Of a DNA stretch of 64,000 nucleotides, positions 27,183 through 37,185 are shown piece after piece. The position numbers and the translations under genes were made by a program. Each line of letters starts with the position of its first letter. The first letter of the stretch is position 1. The notes under the pieces were generated by a model that had not been told where the DNA came from, made no database searches, and saw nothing but the letters and a program-made list of their open reading frames with translations. Origin of the DNA: an uncultured Candidatus Saccharibacteria bacterium (lineage in GTDB: Bacteria > Patescibacteriota > Minisyncoccia > Phycocordibacterales > JACOZG01); contig OZ246403.1 in the NCBI GenBank assembly GCA_965230925.1, positions 458,455 through 522,454 on the forward strand. Reading direction: 5' to 3'.

Positions 27183-28397
27183 ATGCGATTTCGTTACAAA
27201 GGGAAAAATCAAACCGGCGAAGAGAGCGAAGGTCTGCGTGATGCTAAAGACAAATTTGAGCTGGCACGCGAGATGCGCAGTCAGGGCATCACTCTGATTT
27301 CGGCGGAACTGGTGGAAGAAGAAAAGCCCGGAATCAAATTCTCTTGGTCGAGATTTTCTCGTCGGGTGAAGATGAAAGACAAGATTCTCTTTGCTTCCAG
27401 TTTGTCTTCTATGATCTCGGCCGGTCTCTCTCTGGCGCGGGCTTTGAATGTGATTGAGCGTCAAACGCAAAGTAAAGGGTTTAAAGAAATTATTCGTACC
27501 CTTGAAGAGAAGATTAAGAGCGGCGAGAGCTTTAATGCCGCCCTCGCAACTTTTCCCAATGTTTTCCCGCCCGTGTTCATTGCTATGGTGGCCGCTGGCG
27601 AAGAATCGGGGAATTTACCCTCAGCCCTCCAGACGGTGGGTGATCAAATGGCCAAGAGTTATGAATTGCGGCGGAAGGTGAAGGGGGCAATGATTTACCC
27701 CGCGATCATCGTGATTGTGATCATTGTCATCGCAATTTTGATGATGATTTTCTTGGTGCCAAATATTACTTCGCTTTTTAAAGAAATGAATGTGGAATTA
27801 CCACTCTCGACTCGAGTCGTAATTTTTACTAGTGATTTCATTGCGGGGAGCCCACTACTTTTTGTGGGGGCTCTCATTGCGCTCGCCCTTGGTTTTGGTT
27901 TCTTGGTTCGGAGTAAGCCGGGGCACCAGGCTGTGGCTTGGACCGCCCTCCATTTTCCTGTCATTAAGAATGTCGCCAAGCAAATGAATTCGGCGCTAAC
28001 AATGCGCACTCTTTCTTCTCTGCTCGCGGCGGGGGTGGGGATGGTGGAGTCGATCACCATTACCTCGCGGGTGGTACAGAATCCCTACTATCAAACGGCC
28101 CTTGCTGAGGCGGCGAAAGAAATTCCCAAGGGAAAGAATTTGTCAGTCTTTTTCAAAGACCATGAGAATATTTTCCCGGTGCTCGTAGGTGAGATGGCCG
28201 AGGTGGGGGAAGAAACAGGCAATCTCACCGGCATGTTGCAGAAAGGCGCGAGTTTGTATGAAGAAGAGGTAAATCAAGCCACGAAGAACCTTTCTACGAT
28301 CATTGAGCCCATGTTGATGATCTTGATCGGTATTGCGGTTGGCTTCTTTGCCGTCTCGATGATGGGGCCGATTTACTCGCTGAGTAATCAAATATGA
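27183..28397 (+). CDS. pilC: type IV pilus platform protein PilC (GspF family)
   Basis: 404 aa, two GspF repeats with transmembrane helices. Sits immediately after pilB. Confidence 0.85.
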   Translation: MRFRYKGKNQTGEESEGLRDAKDKFELAREMRSQGITLISAELVEEEKPGIKFSWSRFSRRVKMKDKILFASSLSSMISAGLSLARALNVIERQTQSKGFKEIIRTLEEKIKSGESFNAALATFPNVFPPVFIAMVAAGEESGNLPSALQTVGDQMAKSYELRRKVKGAMIYPAIIVIVIIVIAILMMIFLVPNITSLFKEMNVELPLSTRVVIFTSDFIAGSPLLFVGALIALALGFGFLVRSKPGHQAVAWTALHFPVIKNVAKQMNSALTMRTLSSLLAAGVGMVESITITSRVVQNPYYQTALAEAAKEIPKGKNLSVFFKDHENIFPVLVGEMAEVGEETGNLTGMLQKGASLYEEEVNQATKNLSTIIEPMLMILIGIAVGFFAVSMMGPIYSLSNQI

Positions 28398-30169
28398 AAA
28401 AGGGTTTTACTTTGGTCGAAACACTCATTGGCGTTTTTGTTTTCAGTATTATTTCTTTGGCGATTTATCAGGGCTATTTTTTGGTGTTTTCTCTTTCGCG
28501 TGCCTCACAATACAAGAGCCTCGCGATCCTAGTGGCCAATGATCATATTGAATGGGTTCGGAATGTGGAGTATGAAGATGTGGGTATCTTGAATGGTTTA
28601 CCAGCAGGCGTGATTCCGCGCGAGACCACCAAGACGGTAAGCAATATTACTTTCGACCTTACCACGACCATTCGCAATATCGATGACCCTTTTGATGGAA
28701 CGATTGGCGGAAATCCCAACGATTTGTCCCCGGCGGATAATAAATTGGTGGAAGTTAAGGTGGAATGCGCAACCTGTAAGAACTTTACTCCTCTGGTCGT
28801 TACCACCACGGTGGCACCGGTTAATTTGGAAACGGCTTCGGGGAATGGCGCGCTCTTTGTGGAGGTTCTTGATGCAAACGGTGTGCCGGTGCCACAGGCT
28901 GAGGTAACAGTTGAGAATAATGCGGCCGCACCACCTTTTCTAATTGAAGAAGAAACCGGTAATAATGGCATGCTCCAGCTGGTGGATGTGCCGCCCGGCA
29001 ATTTGGTATATGAAATTACAGTTACCAAAGATGATTATTCTACTGCGCAAACTTATGCCATTGATCCTGCGACAAACCCTAACCCTAATCCGCCTCATGC
29101 CACCGTGGCGGCTGGGCAAGTAACGCAAATTAGTTTAGTTATTGACAAGGTCAGCACCTTTAATGTTTCCACCAAGCTAGATTCTTGCGCGGCGGTTGGG
29201 AGCGTTGGATTTAATCTTCGCGGCGATAAAAAAATTGGCAATTTACCTGATATTTATAAATATAGCGTGAACCACACCACGAGCGGTGGGGGAACAAAAA
29301 CGATTAGTGATCTCGAGTGGGATACTTATAACTTTACTCTCACGGGTACCACGCATGATATTGCTGGGACGATACCTCTTTTGCCGATTGCTTTGCCGCC
29401 TGATGTCTCACAAGACGTTTCGCTTATTTTGGCCCCGCGAGATCCAAAAGCCCTTCTTGTGACGGTGAAAGATGCGACGACGGGTTTGCCTATCTCTGAT
29501 GCCACGGTTCAAATTACGGGCACTGACGTGGATGAAACTAAGGTAACTGACCGGGGCTTCTTCCGCCAAACTGATTGGTCTGGTGGTGCCGGGCAAGACG
29601 ACTTTGTTCTTACCAATCAATTTGATGATAGTGATGGCAATGTCGACTTTACCACCCAGAGTGGCGAGATCAGATTGCGCGAGGCTCTCGGGCAATATGT
29701 GGCGAACGGTTCGCTAGAGTCTTCTACCTTCGACACTGGCGGCAATCAAGCTACTTATTACAACCTTAGCTGGTTGCCAGGAACTCAGTCGGCCTCGACC
29801 ACGCTCCAATTCCAGGTTTCGGCCTCATCTTCACCGGCTGGCCCTTGGAATTACAGTGGTCCCGACGGAACAGCAAGTTCCTACTACACCGCAAGTGATA
29901 CCAATATTCACGCTTCGATCAACAACAACCGCTATTTCCGATACAAAGTATTTCTTTCCACTATTGATCCGGTTTACACTCCTACTCTTGCAGAGGTGGC
30001 GGTGACTTATGGCACCGAGTGTTTTCCTTATGGCCAAGTGATTTTCAGTGGGTTAGGCGACACTAATTACACCCTTGATGTAACGAAAACCGGTTATCAG
30101 CCTTATAGCAATACCGCTGTGCCGACCAGTGGTAATTGGCAAAACTGGGAAGTGCCGCTCCAAATTTAA
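28394..30169 (+). CDS. large prepilin-like protein (class III signal peptide, 591 aa)
   Basis: N-terminal MKKGFTLVETLIGVFVFSIISLAIYQGY has the G/FTLVE prepilin cleavage-methylation motif plus hydrophobic helix. Long C-terminal globular region. Confidence 0.75.
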   Translation: MKKGFTLVETLIGVFVFSIISLAIYQGYFLVFSLSRASQYKSLAILVANDHIEWVRNVEYEDVGILNGLPAGVIPRETTKTVSNITFDLTTTIRNIDDPFDGTIGGNPNDLSPADNKLVEVKVECATCKNFTPLVVTTTVAPVNLETASGNGALFVEVLDANGVPVPQAEVTVENNAAAPPFLIEEETGNNGMLQLVDVPPGNLVYEITVTKDDYSTAQTYAIDPATNPNPNPPHATVAAGQVTQISLVIDKVSTFNVSTKLDSCAAVGSVGFNLRGDKKIGNLPDIYKYSVNHTTSGGGTKTISDLEWDTYNFTLTGTTHDIAGTIPLLPIALPPDVSQDVSLILAPRDPKALLVTVKDATTGLPISDATVQITGTDVDETKVTDRGFFRQTDWSGGAGQDDFVLTNQFDDSDGNVDFTTQSGEIRLREALGQYVANGSLESSTFDTGGNQATYYNLSWLPGTQSASTTLQFQVSASSSPAGPWNYSGPDGTASSYYTASDTNIHASINNNRYFRYKVFLSTIDPVYTPTLAEVAVTYGTECFPYGQVIFSGLGDTNYTLDVTKTGYQPYSNTAVPTSGNWQNWEVPLQI

Positions 30170-30172
30170 ATT

Positions 30173-30751
30173 ATGAAAAAAGGTTTTGGCATCTTAGAAC
30201 TAATCGTGAGTCTCGGGATTTTTGTCATGGTTGTATGGGTTCTGGCCAACTTCCAGGTGAATGTTTTTTCTCAAAAATCAATTATTGGGAGCGGGCTCAC
30301 GGCTGAATTTGAGGCGCGTACTTCACTCAAGAAGCTTATTGCCGAACTTCGAGCGGCGGTGATTTCTGATACCGGTTCTTATCAAATTGCCTTAGCCACC
30401 GGCTCAAGCCTTACCTTCTATAGCGACCGCGATGGCGACAACTTGGTTGAGCAAATTCGTTATTATCTTAATGGTTCCACCTTGCAGAAAGGGGTAATTA
30501 AACCAACTGGTGCGCCACTGCAATATGTGGCCGGCAATGAGCGGATTACCCGTGAGGTCGGCAATCTTACTAACCTTGTAAGTCTGTTTACTTACTATGA
30601 TGCCGCTGGAGCCGTGCTCCCAGAACCAATTGATTTACCTCTCGTGCGGTTGATTGAAGTGACTTATACTATTGACGATAATCCCAGTAAGCCGCCGGCA
30701 CCATTTACTTTAAGTAGTCAGGTTAGTGTTCGCAGTTTAAAATTGCAATGA
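30173..30751 (+). CDS. prepilin-like (pseudopilin) protein
   Basis: N-terminal MKKGFGILELIVSLGIFVMVVWVL carries a G/FGILE motif with Glu at +5. 192 aa. Confidence 0.7.
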   Translation: MKKGFGILELIVSLGIFVMVVWVLANFQVNVFSQKSIIGSGLTAEFEARTSLKKLIAELRAAVISDTGSYQIALATGSSLTFYSDRDGDNLVEQIRYYLNGSTLQKGVIKPTGAPLQYVAGNERITREVGNLTNLVSLFTYYDAAGAVLPEPIDLPLVRLIEVTYTIDDNPSKPPAPFTLSSQVSVRSLKLQ

Positions 30752-32253
30752 TTAAATTTTCTCGAGGGTACATTTTGATCCAAGCTCTCGTTTTTGGTGC
30801 CGTAGGCGTGCTTCTCATTGGTGCCCTCACTGGTTGGGCGAAGGTAAATATTCTTGGCTCGCGCCAGATGGTTCTTCGTGAGCGCGCTTTCCAAATTGCA
30901 GAAGCGGGGATTGAGTATTATCGCTGGCACCTCGCTCATGCCGCGCAAGATTATCAAGATGGTACCGGTGTAGCGGGGCCGTACATCCACGAATATTATG
31001 ATAAGGACGGTGATCAGATTGGCACCTTTACCCTCACTATTACGCCGCCGCCAGTAGGTTCAACGGTGGTGACAATTCTCTCTCAAGGTAATGTTTTGGA
31101 AAATCCAGCTATTACCCGCAAGATCGAAGCGCGGCTCGCTATTCCCTCAATTGCAAAGTATGCCTTCGTGGCCAACTCGGCCATGCGCTTTGGCGCCGGT
31201 ACGGAAGTGTTTGGGCCGATTCACTCCAATGATGGTATTCGTTTTGATGGTCTTGCTCACAACGTGGTGACCAGTGCGCGGAGCGATTATGATGACCCCG
31301 ATCATACTGGTAGTAATGAGTTTGGGGTGCACACTCATGTTAATCCGGTGGATCCAGTTCCTCCAGCCTTGCCACCGGTGCGTAATGATGTCTTTATGGC
31401 TGGTCGCCAATTTCCGGTGCCAGCGGTGAACTTTACCGGCTTTACCAACGATATGTCTGCCATCCGGGCTGACGCTCTCCGGGCTGATGGCACTTGTTGG
31501 CCAGACCCGGCGAATGGGAAATTGTGTTTCCCTGATATTGGTTACTTGGGCTATCGCGTTGTGTTGCGCAATGACGACACCTTCGAGCTTCATCGGATAA
31601 ATTCTCTGAATAATCCGCCAAGCGGTTGTAATCAGCCGACTAGTGGTGGTGTGCCCACCCAGCCCGGTTGGGGCACGTGGTCAATTAGCACCCAGAGTCG
31701 TTTGCGGCAGAATCTCACTACCGGTGGGACAGAGGTTTTCCCTTTTCCGGCCAACGGCATTGTTTTCTTTGAAGAGCATGTCTGGGTGGAGGGGACGATA
31801 AATACGGCCCGCCTTACAATTGCTTCTGGGAAGTTCCCCGAGAATGCCACCACCAATACGAGCATTACGGTGAACAATGATGTGCGGTACACCAATTATG
31901 ATGGTCAAGATGTTTTGGCCCTGATTGCCCAAAATAACTTTAATGTTGGTCTCACGAGCGAAGATGATTTACGCATTGACGCGGCGATAGTGGCCAAGAA
32001 TGGTCGCGCGGGACGACATTTATACACCAGTAGTTGTGGCGGTGATTATATCCAAAATGTGATTACCCTTTTCGGGATGTTGGGTACTAATTTGCGTTAC
32101 GGCTTCGCTTACATTAATGGTTTTGGGACTCATACTAGTGGCTACATTACGCGTAATATTACCTATGATGCCAACCTTCTCTACGGTCCGCCGCCATCTT
32201 TTCCTCTTACTTCCGACCAATATTCCACCATCTCCTGGCGTGAGGTACCGTAA
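30748..32253 (+). CDS. pilus-associated protein with non-canonical prepilin-like N-terminus (possible minor pilin or PilX-like)
   Basis: N-terminal MIKFSRGYILIQALVFGAVGVLLIGAL has a hydrophobic helix after G/YILIQ, with Gln instead of Glu at +5. Overlaps the upstream pilin gene by 4 nt. 501 aa. Confidence 0.45.
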   Translation: MIKFSRGYILIQALVFGAVGVLLIGALTGWAKVNILGSRQMVLRERAFQIAEAGIEYYRWHLAHAAQDYQDGTGVAGPYIHEYYDKDGDQIGTFTLTITPPPVGSTVVTILSQGNVLENPAITRKIEARLAIPSIAKYAFVANSAMRFGAGTEVFGPIHSNDGIRFDGLAHNVVTSARSDYDDPDHTGSNEFGVHTHVNPVDPVPPALPPVRNDVFMAGRQFPVPAVNFTGFTNDMSAIRADALRADGTCWPDPANGKLCFPDIGYLGYRVVLRNDDTFELHRINSLNNPPSGCNQPTSGGVPTQPGWGTWSISTQSRLRQNLTTGGTEVFPFPANGIVFFEEHVWVEGTINTARLTIASGKFPENATTNTSITVNNDVRYTNYDGQDVLALIAQNNFNVGLTSEDDLRIDAAIVAKNGRAGRHLYTSSCGGDYIQNVITLFGMLGTNLRYGFAYINGFGTHTSGYITRNITYDANLLYGPPPSFPLTSDQYSTISWREVP

Positions 32254-32274
32254 TCGCGTTATACTCTCCTCGCC

Positions 32275-33033
32275 GTGAAGACCATTGTTGCAAACTGGAA
32301 AATGAATCCCTTAGCGCCAAGTGAGGCGAAGAAGCTTTTTCTGGGGATTAAAAAGGTAGCGGCTAAGCTCAAGCGAACTCGGGTGGTGGTTTGCCCACCG
32401 GCGGTTTTTTTACCCTTACTAACTTCAAGCTCGAGCCGCTTAAGTCTTGGGGCGCAAGACGTGTTTACCGAGAAGGGCGGCTCTTACACAGGTTCACTCT
32501 CAGCTGAGATGCTTGGTTATGCTGGGGCAAGTTACACAATTATTGGTCACTCAGAGCGCCGCGCGGCTGGTGATAATGATGAGACGGTAAACCGTAAGAT
32601 CAAAGCCGCGGTGCGCGCGGGATTGACGCCAATTATTTGTGTGGGGGAGAAAGAACGGGACCAACAAGGGAATTATCTAAATTTTATCCGAACTCAGGTA
32701 GAAACGGCGCTTGCCGGGATGACTAAGAAGATTTCCGCTGATTGGCTGATTGCTTATGAACCCGTGTGGGCAATTGGGAAAAGTGCCGCTGAGGCCGCTA
32801 CCCCCGCCGATTTTCTTGAGAAGAAATTATTCATTCGCAAAATTATTTCCAGTCTGGTGGGGTCTAAACTTGGTCGCGAGGTACCAATTCTCTATGGTGG
32901 CTCGGTTGAGCCGAAGAATGCCTTGGGTTTTTTGCAAGAAGGGGAGGTGGACGGTTTTTTAGTCGGCCACGCTTCCTTGCGGGCCGATCAATTTGGTGAA
33001 ATTTTAAAAACAGCTGAAGCATGGAAGGCATAA
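32275..33033 (+). CDS. tpiA: triosephosphate isomerase
   Basis: N-terminal IVANWKMN signature and active-site regions (IIGHSERR, GEKERD-like). GTG start. 252 aa. Confidence 0.85.
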   Translation: MKTIVANWKMNPLAPSEAKKLFLGIKKVAAKLKRTRVVVCPPAVFLPLLTSSSSRLSLGAQDVFTEKGGSYTGSLSAEMLGYAGASYTIIGHSERRAAGDNDETVNRKIKAAVRAGLTPIICVGEKERDQQGNYLNFIRTQVETALAGMTKKISADWLIAYEPVWAIGKSAAEAATPADFLEKKLFIRKIISSLVGSKLGREVPILYGGSVEPKNALGFLQEGEVDGFLVGHASLRADQFGEILKTAEAWKA

Positions 33034-34145
33034 ATTCAGTTACAGAATTAACGAAAGAGCAGGTGGCCGGGAAGCGCGTGCTTTTGCGCCTCGATCTCAA
33101 TTTGCCACTCGAGAATGGCGAAGTGGCGGATGACTTCCGGGTGAAGCAAAGTGAGGCGACGATAAAGCACCTTCTCGATCTTGGGGCGAAGATTATTATT
33201 TTGAGCCATATGGGCGGGGAAGAAATGGCGAGCTTACTCCCTGTCGCGCGATTTTTGAAAACTAAGTGGCCGGTAACCTTTGTGGAGACTTTTGACCCAG
33301 TGGCGGTGGTGGACGGTTTAGCGCAAACCGATATTGTACTTCTCGAGAATCTTCGCCGCGACTCAGGAGAAGAACGCAATGATCCTGATTTTGCCATTAA
33401 GCTCGCGGCGCTTGGGGACTTGTATGTCAACGAGGCCTTTTCTGCCTCTCATCGGGCCCACGCCTCGATTGTGGGCTTGCCGAAAATTCTTCCCGCTTAT
33501 GCTGGACCGCTTTTTCTTAAAGAAGTTGAAGAGCTGGGAAAAGCTTTTACCCCCGAGCACCCCTTCATTTTTATTTTAGGTGGAGCCAAGCTCGCGACCA
33601 AGCTCCCGGTATTGAAGAAATTTTGTTATCTCGCCGATCAAATTTTTATCCACGGCGCTCTGGCCAATGCCTTTTTCAAAGAGCTTGGTTATGAAACGGG
33701 TCTTTCTCTCGTTGATCCCAAGAGTGATATTGCCCGGCAATTTATTAAATTTGAGAAAATTGTTTTGCCTGTAGATGTGCGTTCGCGACGCGGCGGAGAA
33801 GTTTCGATCAAAAAGCCCGACACGCTTACCAAAGAGGATGAAATTATTGATGTTGGGGTTGATTCAATTGAGCAATTACGAGACGCGGTGAGCAAGGCAA
33901 AGTTTGTTCTGTGGAATGGCCCACTCGGGCGCTTCGAATACGGTTTCCGTGGTGGCACGGATGCGGCCGCCAAGATGATTGCTGAGTCAGAGGCTTACTC
34001 GATGGTTGGTGGCGGCGATACCTTATCTTCGATCCGTGATCTTAATCTCTACGATAAATTTGACTTTGTCTCCACCGCGGGTGGCGCCATGCTCGATTTT
34101 CTTGCCGAAGGCACTTTGCCAGGGATTGAAGCCCTTAAGCATTAA
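33021..34145 (+). CDS. pgk: phosphoglycerate kinase
   Basis: VLLRLDLNLPLENGEVADDFRVK is the N-terminal PGK motif. 374 aa. Overlaps tpiA by 13 nt. Confidence 0.85.
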   Translation: MEGINSVTELTKEQVAGKRVLLRLDLNLPLENGEVADDFRVKQSEATIKHLLDLGAKIIILSHMGGEEMASLLPVARFLKTKWPVTFVETFDPVAVVDGLAQTDIVLLENLRRDSGEERNDPDFAIKLAALGDLYVNEAFSASHRAHASIVGLPKILPAYAGPLFLKEVEELGKAFTPEHPFIFILGGAKLATKLPVLKKFCYLADQIFIHGALANAFFKELGYETGLSLVDPKSDIARQFIKFEKIVLPVDVRSRRGGEVSIKKPDTLTKEDEIIDVGVDSIEQLRDAVSKAKFVLWNGPLGRFEYGFRGGTDAAAKMIAESEAYSMVGGGDTLSSIRDLNLYDKFDFVSTAGGAMLDFLAEGTLPGIEALKH

Positions 34146-35119
34146 TAATCTCCAGTTTGCTTGGGGCGAACTTCGCCACTCTGGTCGATATCGAAGACTT
34201 TTGTGCTTTGATACGCTGGTGTGCCGTCCTCGCCATCACCCTCGGCTAAATCCTCTTCTGTTACGTCGAAGGTGTCTTCTACTGTTTGGTCGAAGTGGGT
34301 GCCATCACTAGTTTCACCACTAATCACATAGGTCACATGGTATGTCCCAACTTCCGTGATATTAGAGAAAATTCCGGTGTACACGCCAGGTGATGATTCG
34401 GTTAGTTCTATAGTGAAGACGTTTCCACTTGGTGAAGTGATGATCGCGACCACATAAGCGCCGATAATCGGCGAGGTGACATTAAGATCCAGAGTTTCAA
34501 TAATCGTAATAGAGAGCGAGGCGGTGCCATTGTCTACCTCGTCTTCATCTTCCGCGGGGTTTTCTTCGTCCTCATCATCTTCATCGCCAGACGGGGTGGC
34601 GTCGACATTGTCATTATCGGAAACATCAACATTTACCGTAGTAGATTCTTCTCCATCATTGGTCACAATTACTTGCCAGGAAGAGTCACCGGTGCCGGTG
34701 CCACCGCCCGCATTTGGGGTAATCCGATAAATAGTGGCGATATTGCCCGTTGCGGGATCAGTGACCACGGTTTTGGTAATGGTAAAGTCACTTGCCTTTA
34801 CTCCGGCCGGTAGAGCGAGTTCTGGTTTTGCGGCCGCACTATCACTCAAGACTTTAATCGTTGTTTCGCCATTTACCGCAAAGGTTTCTGTGTAATTCGT
34901 GTCGGGTTGCAACACTTGCATCAAGGCACCGGAGAGACCAAATTCCCAAAGAAGCCCGCTTCTTTTTGCCTTGGGCGCAGGAGTTTCTGTTGTTGGAGAA
35001 GTTGGTGCGGGTGTTTCAACTTTTTCACCCGAGAAGAGCCAGATTGTGCCAACAATGAGCACTAAGGCCGCGAGGCTAATGAGAACGGGAGTAGCAACAC
35101 CTTGATTATATTTTTTCAT
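34142..35119 (-). CDS. membrane-anchored extracytoplasmic protein with poly-acidic stretch, hypothetical
   Basis: N-terminal anchor (VATPVLISLAALVLIVGTIWLF), Thr/Pro linker, then a beta-rich domain containing a DEDDEDEENPAEDEDEVD run. 325 aa. Confidence 0.5.
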   Translation of the reverse strand: MKKYNQGVATPVLISLAALVLIVGTIWLFSGEKVETPAPTSPTTETPAPKAKRSGLLWEFGLSGALMQVLQPDTNYTETFAVNGETTIKVLSDSAAAKPELALPAGVKASDFTITKTVVTDPATGNIATIYRITPNAGGGTGTGDSSWQVIVTNDGEESTTVNVDVSDNDNVDATPSGDEDDEDEENPAEDEDEVDNGTASLSITIIETLDLNVTSPIIGAYVVAIITSPSGNVFTIELTESSPGVYTGIFSNITEVGTYHVTYVISGETSDGTHFDQTVEDTFDVTEEDLAEGDGEDGTPAYQSTKVFDIDQSGEVRPKQTGDY

Positions 35120-35508
35120 AAATATTTTTTAATTGTTTCCGCTGATAATTTCAACTCCTCATCGGTTGCCATTTTTTCTGTACCGAAAGCGAGGTCGCCA
35201 CTTTTTTTCACTGGCACGAGGTGCAAGTGGAGATGGGGGATATCAAGACCAACAATGAGGAGAGCCACCCGCTCGGGCTGGAAGGCTTGGTTAATAGCTC
35301 GGCCAACTTTCTGAGCAGCGGGCATAATAACAGACATGGTTTCGGCTGAAGCATTAAGCCAAAAGTCAGTTTCTTGCTTTGGAATTACCAAGGTGTGACC
35401 AGGGTGAAGAGGTTTAATATTGAGGAAGGCGATAGTTTCCTCATCCTCATAAACGATGTGAGCCGGTAGTTCCTTCCGGGCAATTTTGCAAAACACGCAG
35501 CTATTCAT
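35116..35508 (-). CDS. HIT (histidine triad) family hydrolase
   Basis: CVFCKI...HPGHTLVIPK...HLHLHLVP histidine-triad motif. 130 aa. Confidence 0.8.
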   Translation of the reverse strand: MNSCVFCKIARKELPAHIVYEDEETIAFLNIKPLHPGHTLVIPKQETDFWLNASAETMSVIMPAAQKVGRAINQAFQPERVALLIVGLDIPHLHLHLVPVKKSGDLAFGTEKMATDEELKLSAETIKKYL

Positions 35509-35529
35509 TTGCTATAATCATAGCCCATT

Positions 35530-37176
35530 GTGACTGATCTGGTAAATCATTTGCTGACCCGGCGGGGGATAATTGATGAGGCCGAGCGCGAGCGCTTCTT
35601 GCGACCGAGTTATGAGCGCGATCTCCACGACCCTTTCTTGTTCTCACAGATGAGCTGGGCGGTAGAAAGGATTTTGTTTGCTCTCGAGAAAAAAGAGAAA
35701 ATTACGATTTTTGCCGATTACGACGCTGATGGGGTACCGGCGGCGGTGATTTTAAGCGAATTTTTTAAAAAAGTTGGCCATACCAACTTCGATGTTTATA
35801 TTCCCGATCGGCATGAAGAAGAATTTGGTCTCAAAGAATTTGCGGTCAAGAGAATTGCGGCGACTGACACTAAACTCGTAATCACTGTCGATTGTGGTAT
35901 CACCGATCTTCCGGGTGCGGCCCTTCTCGCTTCGCTCGGCATTGATCTCATTATTACCGACCATCACTTGGCGCCAGAAGTATTGCCAGAAGCGGTAGCA
36001 ATTATTGATCCCAAGCTGCCCGGCGATGCGTACCCGGAGAAAATGTTGTGTGGTTCGGGTGTGGCCTTTAAGCTGGTTCAAGCTTTGCTTAAAAAGTTGC
36101 CCAATAAAGTTCCCGACGGTTGGGAGAAGTGGCTCCTCGACCTGGTGGCGATTGCGACGGTGAGCGACATGGTGCCACTTACTGGTGAGAATCGGGCGCT
36201 CGTGTACTTTGGACTCAAGGTTTTGCGCCAGACGCCACGACCAGGTTTGCGCGCCTTGGCGAGAGTGTTAAAGCTTGAGCCGCAATATATTACTGAAGAT
36301 GATATTGCTTTCTCGATTGGACCGAGGATCAATTCGGCGAGCCGGATGACGCACGGAATTGAAGCCTATGAATTACTTTCGACGAGTGATTTAGCGCGGG
36401 CTGAAGCCTTGGCTAAGCACTTGGACGAGAAAAATCGCGAGCGGCGCACGGCGGTGGATCATATTCTCGCGAGTGCGCCCAGTGTGACCGGTGACCTGCC
36501 ACCCATCCTTGTTTTGGGTAATGAAAGCTGGTCGCTTGGGGTTTTGGGTCTCGCGGCTTCGCGCCTTGTAGAGCAATTTTCGCGCACCGTTTTCGTGTGG
36601 GGGAAGAATAGTAGTGGGTTGATAAAAGGTTCTTGCCGCGCCGCGCCGGGGGTGAATGTGGTCGAGTTGATGGCTAGAGCTGGAGGATCAACAATTTTTA
36701 CAAATTTTGGCGGTCATGCGGCCTCCGGTGGCTTCTCTCTTGCGCCAGAGAATTTACCGCAACTTGAAGTAAATTTGCTTGTTGCCTATGAGAAAGTTCC
36801 GCGCGAGGAAGCGGCTGTGGCAGTGGAACCGGATCTCGATCTCTTGCTCGATGAAGTTACCGAAGATTTTTGCACCAATTTACATCAGCTAGCGCCTTTC
36901 GGCTTAGGGAATCCGAAGCCACTACTCTCTTTCCATCGCGCGCCACTCATGCAGAAGAAAACTTTTGGTTCCAGCGCGACTCATCTCGAACTGCAATTTT
37001 CTCGTGAGTTTGGCCGGCCGATTAAAGCGATTAAATTTTTCGCCGCTGATCTGGCCGAGCGTGCTGATCTTGTGCCCGGCGCGGCGATTAACTTGCTTGC
37101 CAATTTAGAAAAATCATATTTCCGCGGCCGACCAGAGTTGCGTCTACGGATTGTCGAGGTCAATAAACCAAGTTAA
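35530..37176 (+). CDS. recJ: single-stranded-DNA-specific exonuclease RecJ
   Basis: DHH motifs (IFADYDADGV, ITVDCGITD, LIITDHH) and the DHHA1 region GGHAASGGFSL. 548 aa. Confidence 0.85.
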   Translation: MTDLVNHLLTRRGIIDEAERERFLRPSYERDLHDPFLFSQMSWAVERILFALEKKEKITIFADYDADGVPAAVILSEFFKKVGHTNFDVYIPDRHEEEFGLKEFAVKRIAATDTKLVITVDCGITDLPGAALLASLGIDLIITDHHLAPEVLPEAVAIIDPKLPGDAYPEKMLCGSGVAFKLVQALLKKLPNKVPDGWEKWLLDLVAIATVSDMVPLTGENRALVYFGLKVLRQTPRPGLRALARVLKLEPQYITEDDIAFSIGPRINSASRMTHGIEAYELLSTSDLARAEALAKHLDEKNRERRTAVDHILASAPSVTGDLPPILVLGNESWSLGVLGLAASRLVEQFSRTVFVWGKNSSGLIKGSCRAAPGVNVVELMARAGGSTIFTNFGGHAASGGFSLAPENLPQLEVNLLVAYEKVPREEAAVAVEPDLDLLLDEVTEDFCTNLHQLAPFGLGNPKPLLSFHRAPLMQKKTFGSSATHLELQFSREFGRPIKAIKFFAADLAERADLVPGAAINLLANLEKSYFRGRPELRLRIVEVNKPS

Positions 37177-37185
37177 GATGGCACG

